This document shows positions 60,641 through 64,000 of a stretch of 64,000 nucleotides of DNA, in pieces (the stretch's first letter is position 1; each line of letters begins with the position of its first letter). The position numbers and the translations under genes are program-made. This DNA comes from Rhodothermales bacterium (GTDB taxonomy: Bacteria > Bacteroidota > Rhodothermia > Rhodothermales > VXPQ01): the NCBI GenBank assembly GCA_951812335.1, contig OX638293.1:1032731-1096730 (forward strand), in the 5' to 3' direction. Below the pieces are notes generated by a model. It was not told the DNA's origin. It saw nothing but the letters and a program-made list of their open reading frames with translations, and ran no database searches.

Positions 60641-61246
60641 ATGATGCGAAACAGGCTGTTTCTTCTTTGGCTGATCGTGTTTTTCGGCGTAGCCGTACCT
60701 GCACAGGCCCAACTCCGGCAAGACGCGCATAATCAGGAGGTCCAGTCGCAGCTCTATGACGCCCGGTCCGGACCGGCCTTTTCACTGAACCGGCTTTTCA
60801 GTCCGCAGCATTTCCGGATGGGTCACTCGTACGAGATGTCGATGGGTTCGTTCGGCGGCGTTAGTTCGTCGCTCGGCATGTACACCAACACCATGCGTTT
60901 CCAGTTCAGCAGCAAACTGGCGGGGCGGGTTGATCTGGCGTATGCCTTCTCGCCGTTCGGGGGGTCGAATATCCCGGGCGCCTCGCAGGGCATGCAAGGT
61001 CGGTTCCTGTTGCGTAACGCGGAGATTGCGTATCGCCCGTCCGACAAGGTGCAATTGCATTTTTCCGTGCGGCAAAGCCCGTATGGGGGGTACATGAACT
61101 CGTACGGATATGGAGGATACGGCAGATACGGCTATGGGTATGGCCCGGGCTTCGGGTACGGATACCAGCCTTATTATGGCAGAGGCATGATGTATATGCG
61201 CGTTGGGTCTGCCGACGATCTTTTCTGGAACGATAATCTTCGCTGA
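60641..61246 (+). CDS. hypothetical secreted protein with Gly/Tyr-rich C-terminal region
   Basis: Signal peptide MMRNRLFLLWLIVFFGVAVPAQAQ. C-terminal …YGGYMNSYGYGGYGRYGYGYGPGFGYGYQPYYGRG…. Confidence 0.5.
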   Translation: MMRNRLFLLWLIVFFGVAVPAQAQLRQDAHNQEVQSQLYDARSGPAFSLNRLFSPQHFRMGHSYEMSMGSFGGVSSSLGMYTNTMRFQFSSKLAGRVDLAYAFSPFGGSNIPGASQGMQGRFLLRNAEIAYRPSDKVQLHFSVRQSPYGGYMNSYGYGGYGRYGYGYGPGFGYGYQPYYGRGMMYMRVGSADDLFWNDNLR

Positions 61247-61281
61247 GCAAGGCCGCTGCGTCCTCGATTAATTGCCCGGTT

Positions 61282-61704
61282 ATGGGTCGTTGGAAGAATC
61301 GTTTCATGGGGGCGGCCATTGCTGTACTCGGTCTCTTTGCGCTCGTGCTCGCCTACAGTTTCGTGACCCGGGTAGCCACCCTTCCCGATCGGGAAGACGG
61401 AGTTGTTACGGAAATCATACAGGTCGAGGTCCGCAACGGGTGCGGTATCGAGGGTCTGGCGGGTGCGATGACACTGTTCCTGCGCGAGCACGGCTACGAT
61501 GTGGTGGGGGTGGGAGATTACGAATCGTTCGAAGCGCCCCGCTCCATGGTGATCGACCGGGTCGGAAATCTGGAAATGGCGCGTAAAGTGGCCCAGGAAC
61601 TGGGTATTGAACAGGTCGAACAGGATATTCGCCCGGAGTATTTTCTGGACGCTTCGGTGGTAATCGGCCTGGACTACGAAACATTGCGTCCTTTCAAGGA
61701 ATGA
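61282..61704 (+). CDS. LytR_C-domain membrane-anchored protein
   Basis: N-terminal TM helix, then VEVRNGCGIEGLAGAMTLFLREHGYDVVGVGDY…, typical of the LytR C-terminal domain. Confidence 0.6.
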   Translation: MGRWKNRFMGAAIAVLGLFALVLAYSFVTRVATLPDREDGVVTEIIQVEVRNGCGIEGLAGAMTLFLREHGYDVVGVGDYESFEAPRSMVIDRVGNLEMARKVAQELGIEQVEQDIRPEYFLDASVVIGLDYETLRPFKE

Positions 61705-62111
61705 GTATGCATTTGGAAGCTTCGTACACGCTGGTTGTGCACGCCGTGGAAGCCATGCTCGACAAGAAGGCCCGGGATATCACAGTGATGGACATGCGGG
61801 ATGTCGCCGGCTTCGTCGATTATTTTGTGATCGGTACCGGTGATTCGGAACTGCAGATCAAAGCGGTTGCTGAAGAAATAAAGGCGCGGCTGCACACGCA
61901 ATGCGGCGAGAAACCATGGCACCTCGAAGGCGCTGATGTCTGGCAATGGGTTTTGCTTGACTATGTGGATGTGGTGGTACACGTTTTCAGCCCTGAAAAG
62001 CGCGCATTTTACGACCTGGAAAGATTGTGGGGTGATGCACCAGGAAAGCATGTGGGCCCGACCGGGCTGCTGCATGAGAGCGGCCTGCGCACATCGGGGG
62101 GTGCGGGATAA
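61701..62111 (+). CDS. rsfS: ribosome silencing factor RsfS (Iojap)
   Basis: …DYFVIGTGDSELQIKAVAEEI…WVLLDYVDVVVHVFSPEKRAFYDLERLWGDA. Confidence 0.85.
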   Translation: MSMHLEASYTLVVHAVEAMLDKKARDITVMDMRDVAGFVDYFVIGTGDSELQIKAVAEEIKARLHTQCGEKPWHLEGADVWQWVLLDYVDVVVHVFSPEKRAFYDLERLWGDAPGKHVGPTGLLHESGLRTSGGAG

Positions 62112-62161
62112 GGCGTATGGAGTAATGCCGCCGGAAGCGGGGCCTGTGCTCCCTGACAGGT

Positions 62162-62527
62162 TCAGGTTATTTCGTCCTCTTCGAAGAGGATGGTGATACC
62201 GGGTAGGAGATTGTGCCGCTTTGCCAGCTTGAGAAGGGCGCTTGCGGCTTCCTCGGGCGAGTTGAAGGAAGCATTCTCCTTGCTGTCCACGGCCAGTTCG
62301 TAGCCGATGGCTTCTTCTCCTTCTCCGTCCTTTTCCCAGGCAGTTGCTTCCTCGATCACAAACGCCCCGTCTTCGGGCATAAACGAAGCGATAAAGCGTT
62401 CCCGCTTCTTTTGGGTATCGATCAGGCTCATGCTGCCGATCGCGCCGTACTCATCGTCGTAGAAGAGCGTTTCCGCGATCAGTATGCGGACGAATTGTTC
62501 AAGATTGAAGGGTTTATTTGCAGCCAT
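62162..62527 (-). CDS. hypothetical acidic protein (121 aa)
   Basis: Clean ORF with ATG start. No family recognised. Confidence 0.45.
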   Translation of the reverse strand: MAANKPFNLEQFVRILIAETLFYDDEYGAIGSMSLIDTQKKRERFIASFMPEDGAFVIEEATAWEKDGEGEEAIGYELAVDSKENASFNSPEEAASALLKLAKRHNLLPGITILFEEDEIT

Positions 62528-62625
62528 CTTTCTGGAATTGTGGATGTGTTCGCTTTCTCTGATTTATTAGCCCCCCCGATACCCTCGATTACTCCAGGAT
62601 GATCCCGTGAGCAGGGCCGTGATGT

Positions 62626-63384
62626 CTACTCCTCAAGAAAATCGGCGAGAAATTCGTTGGCGACGATTCCACTGAAGCGGTAAACCTGTGCTTCGAACAG
62701 GTTCGCGAAGTGACGGACGATTTTTTTCTTCACGTCCTGCGGGTCGACAGGATGCCCTATCTCCTTTTCGAGGGACGTTACGTTGGAATCCGAAATTCCG
62801 CAGGGCACGATGTGCGAGAACCAGTTCAGGTCGGTGCTTACGTTGAGTGCAAACCCGTGCATGGTTACCCAGCGACTGCACCGTATGCCCATCGCACATA
62901 TTTTCCGGGCGGTTTCACTCCCTGGATTTGTTGCGGTCTCTGCATCGATCCAGACTCCGGTGCGTCCCGCGATGCGTTCGCCCTGCACGCCGTACGATGC
63001 GCAGGCGTCGATGATGGTTTGTTCGATCCGTCGCAGGTACTTGTGTATGTCGGCAACGAATCGGTCGAGGTCCAGTATGGGGTAGCCCACGATCTGTCCC
63101 GGGCCGTGGTAGGTAATGTCTCCCCCACGATCGATCTCGACGAACTCGGCGCCCCGTTTTCGAAGCAGATCCTCGGAAACGAGCAGGTTCCGGCGATTAC
63201 CGCTTTTCCCGATCGTGTAGACTGGCGGGTGTTCGACGAAAACGAACACATGGGGGATGATTTCCGGAGGGGTGCGCCGCTTCGCGGTAATGAGACGATG
63301 CTGGATGCGCTGCTGCAATGCCCAGGCGGGCCGGTAGTCCATCCGCCCGATATCGCAGATCATTACGGATCTGGATGTGCTCAT
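62626..63384 (-). CDS. lipB: lipoyl(octanoyl) transferase
   Basis: …RGGDITYHGPGQIVGYPILDL… and …KICAMGIRCSRWVTMHGFALNV… Start at ATG 63384, because the longer ORF runs into the repeat. Confidence 0.9.
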   Translation of the reverse strand: MSTSRSVMICDIGRMDYRPAWALQQRIQHRLITAKRRTPPEIIPHVFVFVEHPPVYTIGKSGNRRNLLVSEDLLRKRGAEFVEIDRGGDITYHGPGQIVGYPILDLDRFVADIHKYLRRIEQTIIDACASYGVQGERIAGRTGVWIDAETATNPGSETARKICAMGIRCSRWVTMHGFALNVSTDLNWFSHIVPCGISDSNVTSLEKEIGHPVDPQDVKKKIVRHFANLFEAQVYRFSGIVANEFLADFLEE

Positions 63385-63390
63385 ACTATA

Positions 63391-63644
63391 GAATACTCTG
63401 ATTAAGCCCGCAAAGTTCAGAGGCTGCGAGGGGTGCGCCGGCAAGGAATGACGAAGCAGTGTGGCAGGCCCCACACAATGAGGAATGACGCAGCCAGCGT
63501 GCCCCTCGCAGCCTCCCGAAGGGCGCTCCGCGTCCGCGACGCCCCGAATCCGCAGTGTTTCCCGCTGATTCCGACGATGGAATCATGATGTCCTGTCCTC
63601 GCGAAAGTGAAGTGCCGGTCGAAGTGGACTTATTCAGAGTATCC
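63391..63644 (-). mobile_element. MITE-like 254-bp TIR element, copy 6
   Basis: GAATACTCTGATTAAGCCCGC… …GGACTTATTCAGAGTATCC. Flanks TATA (63387-63390) and TATG (63645-63648). Confidence 0.8.
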
Positions 63645-63683
63645 TATGTTGCCTCCGTACCTGTAGAGCGGATCGTATTCGGT

Positions 63684-64000
63684 TCAATTGGCGATGCTTA
63701 ACCGGAAATTGAGCCCACCATTGATGTTGGTGGAGGAAGGGGTGCGACTGTCCTCGCTGATGAAGTTTTCGTAACGAAGCGTGAAATCCGTGCTGACGCG
63801 ATTGCTGACCTGGTAAGATATCCGTGGCGCGACCGTATAGCGTTTCGAGGAGGAAATAACCGATACATTGTCGCCTTCGAGCGCGTCGCCGACAACGAAT
63901 TCCTCGGGACGGTCAATATAATCCGTCAGTGCCCGCCGTAGCAAAAGGCGCCGGTCGCTCAGGTTAGCCACCGACATGGATAGACTGAAGCTGATCCGGT
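63684..64000 (-). CDS. C-terminal end of an outer-membrane beta-barrel-like protein (5' part outside window)
   Basis: The frame stays open to the window edge. Alternating beta-strand pattern (…RISYQVSNRVSTDFTLRYENF…GGLNFRLSIAN). Confidence 0.4.
   Translation of the reverse strand, partial: RISFSLSMSVANLSDRRLLLRRALTDYIDRPEEFVVGDALEGDNVSVISSSKRYTVAPRISYQVSNRVSTDFTLRYENFISEDSRTPSSTNINGGLNFRLSIAN

Noticed and set aside
62865-63251. ORFs antisense to or out of frame within lipB, and similar 60-250-aa ORFs throughout the six-frame track
   Set aside because: They are overlapped by genes with clear family motifs. They have no independent support and are typical of a GC-rich six-frame background.
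10593-63644. The dispersed element as a CRISPR, REP/BIME, integron attC or retron-type repeat
   Set aside because: The copies are about 255 bp and lie about 3-19 kb apart with mixed orientations, so they do not form an array. They are far longer than REP units. I recognised no attC-type R/L core sites. No cas, RAYT, integrase or reverse-transcriptase gene is in the window.

Overview
GC-rich bacterial chromosome segment. Gene content looks Bacteroidota/Rhodothermota-like: a T9SS C-terminal sorting domain, an atp operon without atpD/atpC, a single-cytochrome-b succinate dehydrogenase and an ECF sigma factor. It is almost entirely housekeeping: uvrA, a sulfatase, a Tat-exported Gfo/Idh/MocA oxidoreductase, a MacB-like ABC efflux system with HlyD and TolC partners, glpFK flanked by two tRNA-Ser genes, atpZ/I-BEFHAG, bactofilin plus an M23 peptidase, rpsT, queG, lysS, tRNA-Val, an ECF sigma/anti-sigma pair, holA, der, uppP, an NFACT/RqcH-like protein, a class III aminotransferase, pccB-like carboxyltransferase, sdhCAB, citrate synthase, RNase E/G, aroQ, murJ, a T9SS-secreted HExxH protease, chorismate mutase, tsaD, rsfS and lipB. 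I saw no CRISPR array, prophage, defence island, transposase or biosynthetic cluster. The main unexplained signal is a dispersed ~255-bp element with 21-nt terminal inverted repeats, AT-only 4-bp flanking duplications and several internal stems. It occurs as six full-length and two truncated copies, all in intergenic gaps. Some copies lie within 1-6 nt of start codons or overlap a stop codon. Substitutions between copies are compensatory in three stems. It behaves like a MITE-like non-autonomous element, possibly with a structured transcript, but I cannot test novelty without database searches. Secondary items are a small lipoprotein built from perfect 45-bp repeats encoding a Met/His/Asp/Glu-rich motif, an Arg/Lys-rich insertion in RNase E/G, and a T9SS gluzincin whose start codon is unclear next to one element copy. 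Coordinates for starts refined from the ORF track are my own reading and carry some uncertainty.
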